From NCBI GenBank assembly GCA_963702445.1, contig CAVPCZ010000012.1, positions 193,199-257,198 on the forward strand: a stretch of DNA of 64,000 nt, written 5' to 3'. Source of the stretch: Ignavibacteriota bacterium (lineage in GTDB: Bacteria; Bacteroidota; Ignavibacteria; UBA10030; UBA6906). The notes under the pieces were generated by a model. It saw only the letters and a program-made list of their open reading frames with translations, was not told where the DNA came from and ran no database searches. The position numbers were made by a program, and so were the translations under genes. Positions 54,179 through 64,000 of this stretch are shown piece by piece. Position 1 is the first letter of the stretch; each line of letters opens with the position of its first letter.

Positions 54179-56449
54179 ATGATGAAGCGCGGTTGGCAGG
54201 CCTGTGCTGTGCTGCTCCTGGCGCCGTGGTGTGCGCTTGCGGCCACCGGGACGTGGAAGAATTTCACCTCCATGAAGGACGTTCGCGGGGTGGTCCGCGA
54301 CGGGTCCTCCTTCTGGGCGGCAAGTTCCGGAGGCCTTTTCCGCTGGAACACACAGGCGGACGATTTCCTCCTGCTCACCAACGCCGAGGGGCTCCGCAAC
54401 ATCGACCTGACCGCGGTCTACATCGACGGTGCGGGCGACGTCTGGAGCGGCAGCACCAACGGCGTCCTCCATGTCTACACCCCCTCCACCGGCGCGATCC
54501 GCCCCATCCTCGACATCGCCACCGCAAACCAGACGAACAAGAGAATCAATGCCATTATCGTCCAGGGAGATACCGCCCTGATATGCACGGAGTTCGGCTT
54601 GAGCGTGTTCAGGATTGCCCGCTTTGAATTTGGCGACACCTACTCCCGCTTCGGGTCCGTACCCGCCGCCACGCGTACATCGGTGCTCTCGGCGGTGATG
54701 CACAATGGCAGGCTCTACGCGTGTATCTCCGACGGGCAGACGGTCAACAACGTGGCCGTCGCCAATCTTAGCAACCCGAACCTCCTTCCACCGGAGTCGT
54801 GGACGCTCCAGACCGTCGGGCAACCGGGATTTGTCCCCCGCACATTGACGGTCTTCAATGGCAGACTGTATGCAGGTACCACGGGGGGCCTCTACTACGA
54901 AGACGGGGGCACCTGGATTCCCGTGGCCGGACTCTCCGGCAAGTCCATTCTCGCCTCCACGGGGACGGCAACAGCCCTGTATCTGACCACCGTCGCGCGT
55001 GAGGTCTATGCGGTCTCCGCACAGAATACTGCAACACCCTTCGGCACAACGCTCCCCTATGCACCCAATTCAATCACGACGGATGCGCAGGGACTCCCCG
55101 TCGTGGGTTCGACAAACGGCGGGCTCCTGACCGGCGGCAGCCCCTGGATTTCCCACGTGCCCAATGGACCCGATGCCAACCAGTTCCTGAGCCTGGTCGT
55201 GGATCCCGACGGCGTACTCTGGTGCGGTTCCGGCGATGTCTCCGGCCGCGGCCTGTACCGGTACGACGGGTCGACCTGGACAACGTTTACCACCGTTAAC
55301 AGCACCCTTCCGACGAACGATGTCCACCGGATGTCGGTGGCGTGTGATGGAGCGGTGTGGGCCAGCACATACGGCCGGGGCACCGTGGAGCTGCTTCCGG
55401 GCAGCACGCGGATCGATTCGTCGCGCATCTTCGGCCGCAACGTCGGCATGATGGGCATTTCCAATGACACGAACTACGTGGTGGTGAGCAACGTGGTGTG
55501 CGACGGCCGGGGCAATGCCTGGATGAGCGTCGTGCTTGCGGCGGACAAAAACCTGCTCGTCACGCGCCGCGCTGACGGAACATGGAAAACCATCCCCGTG
55601 TCGATCAGCGGCATCAAGTTGACCAACCTGATGGACCGCCCCGTGGACCGGTGCCTCGCGGTCGACGCCTTTGACAACCTCTGGGCGACCGTGCGCGATG
55701 GGGCATTCCGGGGTCTCATAAGCCTGGGGAATGCCGGCGCGCTTGACAGCACCGCGGCGTTTCATATCACGACCGCGAACGGGCTGCCCAGCAACGAGGT
55801 GAAGACGATCGTGGTGGATCGGGACAACGATATCTGGGTCGGAACAGACCGCGGCATCTCGATCATTCTCGATCCTTCGAATCCGACCCGCAAGGACGCC
55901 ATCGCCCTTTATAAACCCCTGAATGGATTGGTGATCAACACCATTGCGGTGGATCCGCTGAATCAGAAATGGGTCGGCACCACGGAGGGGGTTTTCCTGC
56001 TGTCCCCGGACGGTACGCAAACACTCGCATCGTACACCGTGGAAAACACGCAGGGGAAGGTCATCGACAACGATGTGAAGACCATCGGGGTCGATAAGAA
56101 AACAGGGACCGTATACTTCGGGACAACGTACGGCATGGCAAGCCTGACAACGGCCGCAGCGGCGCCAAAGGCCTCGTTCGACGTCCTCACCCTGTATCCC
56201 AACCCGTTTTTGGTCCCCACCGGCACGCCGCTGACCGTCAGCGGACTCGTGGAGAACGCGAGTTTGAAGATTGTCGCCATTGACGGCCGGGTGGTGCGGG
56301 ACATCAAGTCACCGGGAGGCCTCGTCGGATTCTGGGACGGCAAGGATAGCGGGGGAACATTCGTCCCGTCCGGCGTGTATCTCGTCATTGCTTCGGCCGA
56401 AGACGGAAGCACCGTGGCCATTGGAAAGATTGCAGTCATCAAGCAGTAG
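54179..56449 (+). CDS. Secreted beta-propeller repeat protein (two-component-regulator-propeller type) with a T9SS C-terminal sorting domain
   Basis: Signal peptide MMKRGWQACAVLLLAPWCALA and many repeats of the type G.W.GT..GL. The C-terminal ~80 aa (LTLYPNPF ... SGVYLV ... KIAVIK) match type A Por/T9SS sorting domains. Confidence 0.72.
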   Translation: MMKRGWQACAVLLLAPWCALAATGTWKNFTSMKDVRGVVRDGSSFWAASSGGLFRWNTQADDFLLLTNAEGLRNIDLTAVYIDGAGDVWSGSTNGVLHVYTPSTGAIRPILDIATANQTNKRINAIIVQGDTALICTEFGLSVFRIARFEFGDTYSRFGSVPAATRTSVLSAVMHNGRLYACISDGQTVNNVAVANLSNPNLLPPESWTLQTVGQPGFVPRTLTVFNGRLYAGTTGGLYYEDGGTWIPVAGLSGKSILASTGTATALYLTTVAREVYAVSAQNTATPFGTTLPYAPNSITTDAQGLPVVGSTNGGLLTGGSPWISHVPNGPDANQFLSLVVDPDGVLWCGSGDVSGRGLYRYDGSTWTTFTTVNSTLPTNDVHRMSVACDGAVWASTYGRGTVELLPGSTRIDSSRIFGRNVGMMGISNDTNYVVVSNVVCDGRGNAWMSVVLAADKNLLVTRRADGTWKTIPVSISGIKLTNLMDRPVDRCLAVDAFDNLWATVRDGAFRGLISLGNAGALDSTAAFHITTANGLPSNEVKTIVVDRDNDIWVGTDRGISIILDPSNPTRKDAIALYKPLNGLVINTIAVDPLNQKWVGTTEGVFLLSPDGTQTLASYTVENTQGKVIDNDVKTIGVDKKTGTVYFGTTYGMASLTTAAAAPKASFDVLTLYPNPFLVPTGTPLTVSGLVENASLKIVAIDGRVVRDIKSPGGLVGFWDGKDSGGTFVPSGVYLVIASAEDGSTVAIGKIAVIKQ

Positions 56450-56518
56450 CAGCGCACGCGCCGCCCCAGGGGGGCGGGCGGAACGGTATACTCACCATTC
56501 CCCTACAAGGAGGAGACT

Positions 56519-56785
56519 TTGGAGAACGACGGCTACAAGGATGAAATCTTTACAAAACGCGTGAGGGCGGGAAAACGGACCTATTTCTTTGATGTCAAGT
56601 CGACGAAGTCGGAGAAGGACTTCTACATTACCATCACCGAGAGCAAGCGCGTGGGTGATGACGAATACGAGAAGCACAAGATTTTCCTCTACAAAGAGGA
56701 TTTCGAGAAATTCCGGGAAGCGCTCGCCGAGACGGTTGAACACGTTCAGACACAGCTGCTGGAACACGCCGAAGTGGTCCACTAG
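56519..56785 (+). CDS. DUF3276 (Pur-alpha-like nucleic-acid-binding) protein
   Basis: IFTKRVRAGKRTYFFDVKSTKSEKDFYITITESKR is the PUR-repeat-like pattern of this FCB-typical family. TTG start with AAGGAGG 5 nt upstream. Confidence 0.6.
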   Translation: MENDGYKDEIFTKRVRAGKRTYFFDVKSTKSEKDFYITITESKRVGDDEYEKHKIFLYKEDFEKFREALAETVEHVQTQLLEHAEVVH

Positions 56786-56883
56786 GCCCCGTTTCAGGAC
56801 CGACCCGGAGATTTCCTACGGGCACCCCCCCGGTGCCGTTGCGCAGTGGTTTCCACCCCCGGAACCGGAGCAGGCTGCAGGCC

Positions 56884-56912
56884 TTGACTCTGAGGGAATT
56901 TCTGGGTATACT
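56884..56912 (+). promoter_or_regulatory. Sigma-70-type promoter candidate for the yceD-rpmF-plsX-fab operon
   Basis: TTGACT (56884-56889), a 17-nt spacer, then TATACT (56907-56912), ~70 nt upstream of the yceD ATG. Caveat: FCB-group housekeeping promoters can differ from the E. coli consensus. Confidence 0.45.
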
Positions 56913-56980
56913 GTCATACTTTTTGAGTTCGGTTTGACAATGGGGCCCTGAAGCCCCATTTGAGCGTCTGGTGGAGGAAG

Positions 56981-57487
56981 ATGAAGATACAGATCGGGGG
57001 GCTCTCCGAGGGGCTTCACCGGTATCAGTTTCAAGAGCAGGCCGCGACCCTGGCTCTCGGTGACCAGTTTTCGGACATGGTCGATATTGACGCGGCTTTG
57101 CAGAGAAACGGACGGCAGCTCTACCTGAACGCGTCCGTCCGCGCGACGGGATCATTTCTCTGTGACCGCTGTGCGGCGCCCTTCACGCTTCCCCTGCGCA
57201 CGACGTACCAGATGTACTACGTGCAGGACGAAACTGACGCCGGGGACATCGACCCTGCTGAAGTGCAGGTCATTCCTCCGGGTCTGTCGAGTATCGATCT
57301 TGCCGAAGATGTCCGGCAAATGGTCCTGCTTGCCGTACCGCTCAAGCTGCTCTGCCGCGACGACTGCAGGGGTCTGTGCACGTCATGCGGGGCGGACCTG
57401 AACACGGGGCAATGCACATGCCTGCAGGAGCCCGCGGACACCCGCTGGGAAGCGTTGCGCGGCTTCACCGACGAAACAAGCAACTGA
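56981..57487 (+). CDS. yceD: YceD/DUF177-family protein (large ribosomal subunit accumulation protein)
   Basis: It sits directly upstream of rpmF. It has the C-terminal CRDDCRGLCTSCGADLN Cys cluster and an internal CDRC, both typical of DUF177. ATG 56981 preferred over the GTG at 56960. Confidence 0.78.
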   Translation: MKIQIGGLSEGLHRYQFQEQAATLALGDQFSDMVDIDAALQRNGRQLYLNASVRATGSFLCDRCAAPFTLPLRTTYQMYYVQDETDAGDIDPAEVQVIPPGLSSIDLAEDVRQMVLLAVPLKLLCRDDCRGLCTSCGADLNTGQCTCLQEPADTRWEALRGFTDETSN

Positions 57488-57520
57488 GCGAGACTATCAG
57501 AAGGTAAGGAGTACACGACC

Positions 57521-57703
57521 ATGCCGAATCCGAAACGCCGCCATTCGAAGACCCGCGGGCGCAAGCGCCGGACCCATTACAAAGCGACCGCGCCGGCTTC
57601 CGCCGAATGCCCGAATTGCCACACACACAAACTGCCCCACCGGGCATGTCCGAATTGCGGGTACTACAACGGCCGATCCATCGTTGTGCCCAAAGCTTCC
57701 TAA
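57521..57703 (+). CDS. rpmF: 50S ribosomal protein L32
   Basis: [21 protein letters not shown] and the zinc-ribbon CPNC...CPNCG. Confidence 0.96.
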   Translation: MPNPKRRHSKTRGRKRRTHYKATAPASAECPNCHTHKLPHRACPNCGYYNGRSIVVPKAS

Positions 57704-57742
57704 CGTAACCGCCGTCACGCTACACGCACGTCCGGCTGTCTC

Positions 57743-58786
57743 TTGAACTCCCGGCATACGTATATCACCGTTGCGGTGGACGCAATGGGCGGGGATTTTG
57801 CTCCCGCGCATGTCATTGCAGGCGCCCGCGGGGCTCTCCAGGAGTCCGGAGAACGGTTACGCCTCGTCTTCGTCGGCCCGGAGGACATTCTTCGCGCCGC
57901 GATCCGTGACCAGGGCCGCGCAAAGGGAGGAAACGCACTCCCCGAACATCTGTACTCCATCGTGCACGCTCCCGAGGTCATCGACATGCACGACCTCCCG
58001 ACCGCCGCGCTGAAGACCAAACGTCTTTCTTCTATCGCCGTCGCCCTCCAGTTGCACCGGGACGGGAAAGCGGACGCATTTATCAGCGCGGGCAACACCG
58101 GCGCCGTGCTCTCCGCCGGCACACTGATTCTCGGACGCATCAAGGGCGTCGGCCGTCCCACGATCGGGGCACTCGTGCCCACCGCCAGCGCCCCGTGCCT
58201 GCTGGTTGACGCCGGCGCCAACGTCGATTGCCGTCCGCAGCACCTGCTGGAATTCGGTGTAATGGGTTCGATCTACGTCTCCGCCATGCGCGGAATACCC
58301 TCCCCGCGTGTGGGTCTGCTCAGCATCGGCGAAGAAGACTCCAAAGGCAATGAAGTGAGCCTTGCGGCGCTGAAACTCCTCCGCGCAAGCCCTCTGCATT
58401 TTGTCGGGAACGTCGAGGGACGTGACGTGCTGAGCGGAGATCTCGACGTTGTCGTCTGCGACGGCTTCGTGGGGAACATCCTCCTCAAGTTCGGAGAGAG
58501 CGTTCCCGGCTTTCTCAAAGCGAAATTCAAGGCCCTCGCGGCGGGCTCCCCGTGGAATTCGATGATCGGCCTGCTCGCCCGCAGCGCGCTCAGGCGCGTC
58601 ATGAAACCGCTCGACTACCAGGAAACCGGGGGGGTGCCGCTCCTCGGCGTCAACGGCGTTGTCATTATCGGCCACGGCAAGTCGTCCCCCCTGGCTTTCA
58701 CCAATATGATCCATAAGGCTGAAGAAACGGTGCGGAAGGGCGTCAACATGCATATTCAGAAATCACTCGCGAAGATCGATGCCTAA
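57743..58786 (+). CDS. plsX: Phosphate acyltransferase PlsX
   Basis: ITVAVDAMGGDFAP and the family-wide pattern (DAGANVD, GDLDVVVCDGFVGN). TTG start; no in-frame ATG precedes the conserved N-terminus. Confidence 0.9.
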   Translation: MNSRHTYITVAVDAMGGDFAPAHVIAGARGALQESGERLRLVFVGPEDILRAAIRDQGRAKGGNALPEHLYSIVHAPEVIDMHDLPTAALKTKRLSSIAVALQLHRDGKADAFISAGNTGAVLSAGTLILGRIKGVGRPTIGALVPTASAPCLLVDAGANVDCRPQHLLEFGVMGSIYVSAMRGIPSPRVGLLSIGEEDSKGNEVSLAALKLLRASPLHFVGNVEGRDVLSGDLDVVVCDGFVGNILLKFGESVPGFLKAKFKALAAGSPWNSMIGLLARSALRRVMKPLDYQETGGVPLLGVNGVVIIGHGKSSPLAFTNMIHKAEETVRKGVNMHIQKSLAKIDA

Positions 58787-59783
58787 GCGGACAGCAACTA
58801 TCACAGCGGTCGGTCACTACGTCCCGGAAAAAATCCTCTCCAACCGCGACCTCGAGACCATGGTCGACACCACGGATGAATGGATTCGCACGCGCACGGG
58901 TATCAGCGAACGGCGGATTCTCGAAAAGGGGGCCACGTCGGACATGGGTGCCCGGGCGGTACAGGATCTGCTGAACAAGCGCGGTATTGCCGCCGATGCG
59001 ATCGATCTGATCATCACGGCAACCGTGACACCCGACATGTTTTTCCCGGCGACATCCTGCCTGATTCAGGAAAAAGTCCAGGCAAAGCGGGCCTGGGGCT
59101 TCGATCTCTCGGCGGCCTGCTCGGGCTTCCTGTTCGCGCTCGTCACCGGGGCCCAGTTCATCGAAAGCGGCGCGCATAAGCGCGTCGTGGTCGTCGGGGC
59201 GGACAAGATGAGTTCGATCACCGACTACACGGACCGGAACAACTGCATCCTCTTTGGCGACGCCGCAGCTGCAGTTTTGCTCGAGCCATGCGAAGACGGT
59301 TCGGCGGGCATCCTCGACCAGATCCTCCGGTGCGACGGCTCCGGCGAACCTGCGCTCCACATGCGCGGGAGCGGCAGTCTGAATCCCCCAACCCACGAGA
59401 CGGTCGACAAGAAACTCCACTTCCTGTATCAGGATGGCAAGGCGGTCTTTAAAGTGGCCGTGGTCGGAATGGCGGATGTCTCGGTGGAAATCCTTGAGCG
59501 CAACAACCTGACCGGCAAGGACATCGACTGGCTGGTTCCTCACCAGGCGAATCTCCGGATTATCGATGCCACCGCCGCACGCATGGGGCTCGACAAATCC
59601 AGGGTCATGATCAACATCGACCGGTACGGCAACACCACCGCCGCAACGATCCCTCTGTGCCTTTCGGAGTGGTGGCAGAAGGGAAAGCTCCGCAAAGGCC
59701 AGCAGATCGTCCTTGCGGCGTTCGGAGCCGGATACACGTGGGGCTCCGTGCTGATCCGCTGGTCCGCGGAAAACATCTCCTGA
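58779..59783 (+). CDS. fabH: 3-oxoacyl-ACP synthase III
   Basis: Active-site AACSGF, VPHQANLRII and GNTTAATIPL. Confidence 0.93.
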   Translation: MPKRTATITAVGHYVPEKILSNRDLETMVDTTDEWIRTRTGISERRILEKGATSDMGARAVQDLLNKRGIAADAIDLIITATVTPDMFFPATSCLIQEKVQAKRAWGFDLSAACSGFLFALVTGAQFIESGAHKRVVVVGADKMSSITDYTDRNNCILFGDAAAAVLLEPCEDGSAGILDQILRCDGSGEPALHMRGSGSLNPPTHETVDKKLHFLYQDGKAVFKVAVVGMADVSVEILERNNLTGKDIDWLVPHQANLRIIDATAARMGLDKSRVMINIDRYGNTTAATIPLCLSEWWQKGKLRKGQQIVLAAFGAGYTWGSVLIRWSAENIS

Positions 59784-59791
59784 CATCCACC

Positions 59792-60715
59792 ATGCCGACA
59801 ATCGCTTTCATCTTTCCGGGTCAGGGTGCCCAGTACGTGGGCATGGCCCGCGACTTTTTCGAGCAGGATGCCCGTGCCCGCACAATGATGGAGAGTGCTG
59901 ACCGGATTATCGGCGCACCGCTCAGCAGGATATGTTTTGAAGGCCCCGAGGAAGAATTGCGCCAGACGCGGAATACCCAGCCCGCGATCTTCCTGCACAG
60001 CATGGTCGCCGCCAGCCTGCTCACCCACGCGACCCCGGCGATGGTGGCCGGACACTCCCTGGGGGAATACTCCGCACTGGTGGTTTCAGGCGCGCTTGCC
60101 TTCGAAGACGGTCTCCGTCTTGTCCGGCTGCGCGGTGAACTGATGCAGCAGGCAGGCGAACAGCAACCCGGGACAATGGCCGCCCTTGTCGGGCTCAGCC
60201 CGGAGGTCACCGAAGAGCTCTGCCGCGAGGCATCCGCTGCGGGTATCGTGCAACCGGCGAATTTCAACTCGCCGGGACAGATCGTCATTTCCGGTTCGGT
60301 CGAAGGAGTCCGGAAGGCCATGGAACTGGCCCGAACCAGAGGTGCAAAAATGGCAAAGGAACTCGTGGTGAGTGGCGCGTTCCATTCCCCGCTTATGGAA
60401 AGTGCCCGCCGGGGGCTCAAGGAGGTGCTGGACCGGACGACAATCCGGGACGCCCGGATCCCGGTCTACGCGAACGTCACCGCCGAACCCGTCACGGAGG
60501 CTGCCGTCATAAGAGACCTCCTCTACCGGCAGCTCACGAGCCCCGTGCGCTGGGAGCAGACGGTCCACAATATGCTTCGCGATGGTGCCACGGATTTCGT
60601 CGAAATCGGACCGGGAAAGGTCCTCCAGGGATTGGTGAAGCGAACGGATGCATCGGTTCGGACAGCCGGCTTTGACAAGTTTGCCGACATTCTCAAGGCG
60701 AGGGACGCACAGTGA
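59792..60715 (+). CDS. fabD: Malonyl-CoA:ACP transacylase
   Basis: IAFIFPGQGAQYVGM, NTQPAIF and GHSLGEYSAL. ATG 59792; the ORF-track extension overlaps fabH and is non-conserved. Confidence 0.93.
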   Translation: MPTIAFIFPGQGAQYVGMARDFFEQDARARTMMESADRIIGAPLSRICFEGPEEELRQTRNTQPAIFLHSMVAASLLTHATPAMVAGHSLGEYSALVVSGALAFEDGLRLVRLRGELMQQAGEQQPGTMAALVGLSPEVTEELCREASAAGIVQPANFNSPGQIVISGSVEGVRKAMELARTRGAKMAKELVVSGAFHSPLMESARRGLKEVLDRTTIRDARIPVYANVTAEPVTEAAVIRDLLYRQLTSPVRWEQTVHNMLRDGATDFVEIGPGKVLQGLVKRTDASVRTAGFDKFADILKARDAQ

Positions 60716-61320
60716 GCGGGAATTCTGCATTGCGGGTGAATCAGTACACCTTTTCGGATGAACTGTTCTCAGAGGGATTCCCGGAAGGCGGCGGACCCTG
60801 TAAATGCACATCCGTCTGCTGCGAAGGGGGCGTGTACGCCGATATTGCCGAACGGGACCGGATTCTGAAGTTCCAGGACTTCATCAGGGAGCAGATGGAT
60901 GCCACGCAACCCCGGGATCCTGCTCACTGGTTCGAGCCTTCGGACCATGAGGACGCGGATTTTGCGTCGGGACGATGCATCGGAACCGAAGAATACAACG
61001 GCAAGTGCGCATTCCTGGACAGCAAAGGGAGATGCTCCATTCAGGTCGCCGCCACGGCACAGGGGCTGGACCGCTGGGCCTGGAAACCCCTCTTTTGCAT
61101 CCTCTTTCCCATCGAGGTTTCCGGGAATATCGTGAATTATGATCCCATGCTCCGGGGCGAGCAACCCTGCTGCACGATCCAGCCCGACTTTGCGATCCCG
61201 CTCTTCCGTGCATGCCGGGATGAACTTGTTCACCTCCTCGGCAAGGAAGGGTATGACAGGCTTGAGGAGCATTATCGAAGCCGCGGACTTGCAAAAGAGG
61301 GAAGTTCTCGCAATATTTAG
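60712..61320 (+). CDS. DUF3109-like Cys-rich protein (YkgJ/CxxCxxCC-type putative Fe-S/Zn protein)
   Basis: CKCTSVCCEGG, GKCAFLDSKGRCSIQ and WKPLFCILFP. GTG start overlapping the fabD stop (GTGA). Confidence 0.5.
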   Translation: MSGNSALRVNQYTFSDELFSEGFPEGGGPCKCTSVCCEGGVYADIAERDRILKFQDFIREQMDATQPRDPAHWFEPSDHEDADFASGRCIGTEEYNGKCAFLDSKGRCSIQVAATAQGLDRWAWKPLFCILFPIEVSGNIVNYDPMLRGEQPCCTIQPDFAIPLFRACRDELVHLLGKEGYDRLEEHYRSRGLAKEGSSRNI

Positions 61321-61360
61321 GGTCGATACTCGCCCAACCAGACTCAGGAAATCCGAACGC

Positions 61361-62107
61361 ATGAATCTCCTTCAGGACCAGGTTGCACTTATTACCGGTG
61401 GCGCGCGCGGGATCGGCAGGGCCATTGCAAGGGAGTTTGTCGAAGAAGGCGCCCATGTGGCGATATTCGACAGGGCCTTCCCGGACGATTTTCCGGAGTT
61501 TGTGGCGTCGCTGCGGAAGAGCGGGCGGACGGTGATGGAGATATCGGTGGATATCACCAACGGCGCCGCGACAGAAAAGGCCTGTGACGAAGTGACCGCC
61601 GAGCTCGGCCGAATCGACATACTGGTGAACAATGCAGGCATCACGCGCGACAAGCTTCTGGTCAGGATGACCGACGATGAATGGGATGCCGTTCTGAACG
61701 TCAACCTCAAGGGCTCCTTCATCACCACCAGGGCCGTCGGCCGCATCATGATGCGCCAGAAGAAGGGAAAGATCATCAACGTCAGCTCCGTTGTCGGACT
61801 GATGGGCAATGTGGGGCAGGGCAACTATGCCTCTTCCAAAGCCGGCCTGATCGGACTCACGAAATCGGCGGCCAAGGAGTTCGCCCCCCGGAACATCACG
61901 GTCAATGCGATCGCCCCCGGGTTTGTGGAAACGGATATGACGGCGGTGCTGAGCGCGGAACACCGCGCGGCGTTCCTGAACGTGATCCCGCTGAAACGCG
62001 GCTGCAAGCCGGAAGAAGTGGCAGGCGTGGTGGTGTTCCTGGCGTCGCCCCGGGCCGACTACATCACCGGCCAGGTCCTCGCCATCGACGGGGGAATGAC
62101 GATGTAA
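61361..62107 (+). CDS. fabG: 3-oxoacyl-ACP reductase
   Basis: [23 protein letters not shown], the catalytic YASSKAG and the C-terminal [15 protein letters not shown] 61361. Confidence 0.93.
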   Translation: MNLLQDQVALITGGARGIGRAIAREFVEEGAHVAIFDRAFPDDFPEFVASLRKSGRTVMEISVDITNGAATEKACDEVTAELGRIDILVNNAGITRDKLLVRMTDDEWDAVLNVNLKGSFITTRAVGRIMMRQKKGKIINVSSVVGLMGNVGQGNYASSKAGLIGLTKSAAKEFAPRNITVNAIAPGFVETDMTAVLSAEHRAAFLNVIPLKRGCKPEEVAGVVVFLASPRADYITGQVLAIDGGMTM

Positions 62108-62165
62108 GCAGGGTTGTGTCTTCATTGTTTTTCATGTTTTCCATCATCATACAGGAGGCTACGTC

Positions 62166-62402
62166 ATGGCAGACGTTGCGGCAAAGGTGAAAGAGATCAT
62201 CATGAACAAGCTCGGTGTTGACGACGGGCAGGTTACACCCGAAGCATCGTTTACGAACGATCTCGGTGCGGATTCCCTGGACACCGTTGAGCTGGTCATG
62301 GAATTCGAGAAGGCCTTCAACCTCCAGATTCCGGATGAAGACGCCGAAAAGATCGCATCGGTCGGCGATGCCATCAAGTATATCCAGTCGAAATCTGCCT
62401 GA
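62166..62402 (+). CDS. acpP: Acyl carrier protein
   Basis: The 78-aa protein has the phosphopantetheine site [16 protein letters not shown]. Confidence 0.97.
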   Translation: MADVAAKVKEIIMNKLGVDDGQVTPEASFTNDLGADSLDTVELVMEFEKAFNLQIPDEDAEKIASVGDAIKYIQSKSA

Positions 62403-62467
62403 CTCCACCCCTGCAATCCACCCCATTGCGGCCGGGAATTGACGAATCAACAGGATCAGAGGGGACG

Positions 62468-63718
62468 ATGATGAACGGGAAGCGCAGGGTTGTTGTCACC
62501 GGACTGGGCGCGCTCACGCCGATCGGTTTGAATGTCGACGACTTCTGGAAGAGTCTGATGAACGGCACCTCCGGTGCCGCCCCCATCACGTACTTCGACA
62601 CGGCGTTGTATGACACGCGTTTCGGGTGCGAGCTGAAGGGGTTCAAAGCGTCCGACTTCCTCGACCGGAAGACGGCGCAGCGTATGGATCCCTTTTCCCA
62701 GTACGCGGCGATTGCTTCCCACATGGCCGTCAGCGACGCCGCTCTGTCCGCGAAGGATGTCGATCCTGACCGCATTGGTGTGGTCTACGGCTCGGGGATT
62801 GGCGGAATGACGACGTACGACACCCAGTTTACGAACTACATGCAGGGTGGCCCGCGGCGCATCAGCCCGTTCTTTATCCCGATGCTTATCCCTGACATTG
62901 CCGCGGGAAACATTTCGATCAGATACGGGTTCAAGGGTCCGAATTACGCCACCGTCTCGGCATGTGCCACCGCATCACACGCGATCGGGGACGCATTCCG
63001 CATCATCCAGTATGGCGATGCCGACGCCATGGTGTGCGGCGGATCGGAAGCGCCCATCACCCCGATGGGACTGGGCGGGTTCAACAACCTCAAGGCGCTC
63101 TCCGGACGGAACGACGCGCCGGAACACGCCAGCCGGCCGTTTGACGCACAGCGTGACGGATTCGTTATGGGTGAAGGCGCGGGGGCGTTGGTTCTCGAAG
63201 AACTCGAGTTTGCCCTGAAACGCGGCGTGAAGATCTATGCGGAGATCGTCGGTCTCGGCTTCACCGGAGACGCACACCATATCACCGCCCCCCCCGAAGG
63301 CGGGGAGGGTGCCGTACGCTCCATGCGCAGGGCGGTGAAGGATTCCGGCATTTCACCCGGAGAGGTGGACTACATCAATGCCCACGGCACCTCCACACAA
63401 CTCAACGACACCAGCGAAACCCAGGCAATAAAGACCGTCTTCGGCGACCACGCCTACAGGATGCACATCAGCTCCACCAAGTCCATGACCGGCCACCTCC
63501 TCGGCGCCGCGGGGGCTGTCGAAGCCATTGCGGCAATCCTTGCCTGCAAGACGGACACCATACCTCCGACCATCAACTACGAATTCCCCGACCCCACCTG
63601 CGATCTGAACTACACACCGAACACCCCGGTGAAAGGGACCGTTCGCTACGCGTTGAGCAACACCTTCGGGTTCGGCGGGCACAACGCAACACTGATGTTC
63701 AAGAAATACCCCATGTGA
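62468..63718 (+). CDS. fabF: 3-oxoacyl-ACP synthase II
   Basis: [15 protein letters not shown], active-site [18 protein letters not shown] and [16 protein letters not shown] 62468. Confidence 0.95.
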   Translation: MMNGKRRVVVTGLGALTPIGLNVDDFWKSLMNGTSGAAPITYFDTALYDTRFGCELKGFKASDFLDRKTAQRMDPFSQYAAIASHMAVSDAALSAKDVDPDRIGVVYGSGIGGMTTYDTQFTNYMQGGPRRISPFFIPMLIPDIAAGNISIRYGFKGPNYATVSACATASHAIGDAFRIIQYGDADAMVCGGSEAPITPMGLGGFNNLKALSGRNDAPEHASRPFDAQRDGFVMGEGAGALVLEELEFALKRGVKIYAEIVGLGFTGDAHHITAPPEGGEGAVRSMRRAVKDSGISPGEVDYINAHGTSTQLNDTSETQAIKTVFGDHAYRMHISSTKSMTGHLLGAAGAVEAIAAILACKTDTIPPTINYEFPDPTCDLNYTPNTPVKGTVRYALSNTFGFGGHNATLMFKKYPM

Positions 63719-63725
63719 GCCGGTT

Positions 63726-64000
63726 ATGCTGCGGGTAGGCAGCTTTTTTCAGACGATGTTCATCCGTTCCCGCGGCGTCACGCGGGATGAGAGTGACGCC
63801 CTCCCCGCGAATCTTGACCGCACCACCATCCGGAAGCTCGAACAGGTAATCGGATATCACATCCGCTGCCGTGACCTCTTTGCGCAGGCTCTCCTGCACC
63901 GTTCCTTTCCCCAGAAAAACGGTGGGGGCGGCATTTCCAACGAACGCCTCGAATTCCTCGGCGATTCCATTCTGAACCTGATCGTTGCGGAATATCTCTA
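63726..64000 (+). CDS. rnc: Ribonuclease III, N-terminal fragment (continues beyond the window)
   Basis: Not in the ORF track. Translation from ATG 63726 gives ...FAQALLHRSF....SNERLEFLGDSILNLIVAEYL, the RNase III signature, in the usual position after fabF. Confidence 0.85.
   Translation, partial: MLRVGSFFQTMFIRSRGVTRDESDALPANLDRTTIRKLEQVIGYHIRCRDLFAQALLHRSFPQKNGGGGISNERLEFLGDSILNLIVAEYL

Noticed and set aside
53402-54823. A 473-aa minus-strand ORF
   Set aside because: It lies antisense to ribH and the 5' part of the T9SS cargo gene. It is Gly/Arg/Pro-rich with no domain signal.
60884-62125. A 413-aa minus-strand ORF
   Set aside because: It lies antisense to fabG and the DUF3109-like gene. 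fabG motifs on the plus strand are unambiguous.
1-64000. A search by eye for tRNA or rRNA genes, CRISPR repeats, transposase or integrase genes, toxin-antitoxin pairs and known defence-system genes
   Set aside because: I recognised none. Intergenic regions are short (the longest are about 260-275 bp), and none shows direct-repeat arrays, cloverleaf-like tRNA structure or terminal inverted repeats. I did not run a computational scan (tRNAscan-SE, Infernal/Rfam, CRISPR detectors). One is needed to confirm this negative result.

Overview
This is a GC-rich, gene-dense bacterial chromosomal window. I recognised no rRNA, tRNA, CRISPR array, IS element or prophage. A T9SS C-terminal sorting domain, a DUF3276 Pur-alpha-like gene and a DUF3109 gene suggest an FCB-group organism (Bacteroidota, Ignavibacteriota or Rhodothermota-like); that placement is inference only.

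Layout:
- 1-4.5 kb: a partial acyl-ACP desaturase (missing from the ORF track), a DEAD-box helicase, a URO-D-family gene and gpmA.
- 4.5-38 kb: an unbroken array of about 33 kb of minus-strand genes, many joined by 4-nt ATGA overlaps.
- 38-64 kb: housekeeping genes. These are ahcY and metK; fni plus a polyprenyl synthase; ptsH and ptsI; pgi/pmi; an outer-membrane gene trio; crp; ribH; a T9SS cargo gene; then yceD-rpmF-plsX-fabH-fabD-DUF3109-fabG-acpP-fabF-rnc.

The stand-out region is 22.8-38 kb. It carries a PAS histidine kinase with a sigma-54 enhancer-binding response regulator, a UspA gene and an atypical receiver gene. These are followed by six c-type cytochromes with about 70 haem-binding motifs in total, and a beta-barrel gene:
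- a CbcL-like 13-haem/cytochrome-b fusion
- a paralogous 19-haem protein with a separate cytochrome b
- a small tetrahaem cytochrome
- an ImcH-like heptahaem membrane protein
- a predicted outer-membrane beta-barrel translationally coupled to a 14-haem cytochrome
- a 13-haem lipoprotein

Together these read as a complete quinol-to-cell-surface electron conduit. A stand-alone CcmF/NrfE-type haem lyase follows it. The lyase gene and the UspA gene share a sigma-54-like promoter and an identical upstream inverted repeat at the same distance.

A second unusual block lies at 9.2-17.7 kb. A four-subunit 2-oxoacid:ferredoxin oxidoreductase is followed by an IDH-like dehydrogenase, an HMG-CoA-lyase-family enzyme, a family III CoA-transferase and LeuCD-type dehydratase subunits. 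I cannot map this combination onto a textbook pathway.

One large outer-membrane gene (47140-49978) carries an apparent 1-nt frameshift.

All functional calls rest on motif and family recognition by eye from the translations. No database search was run.
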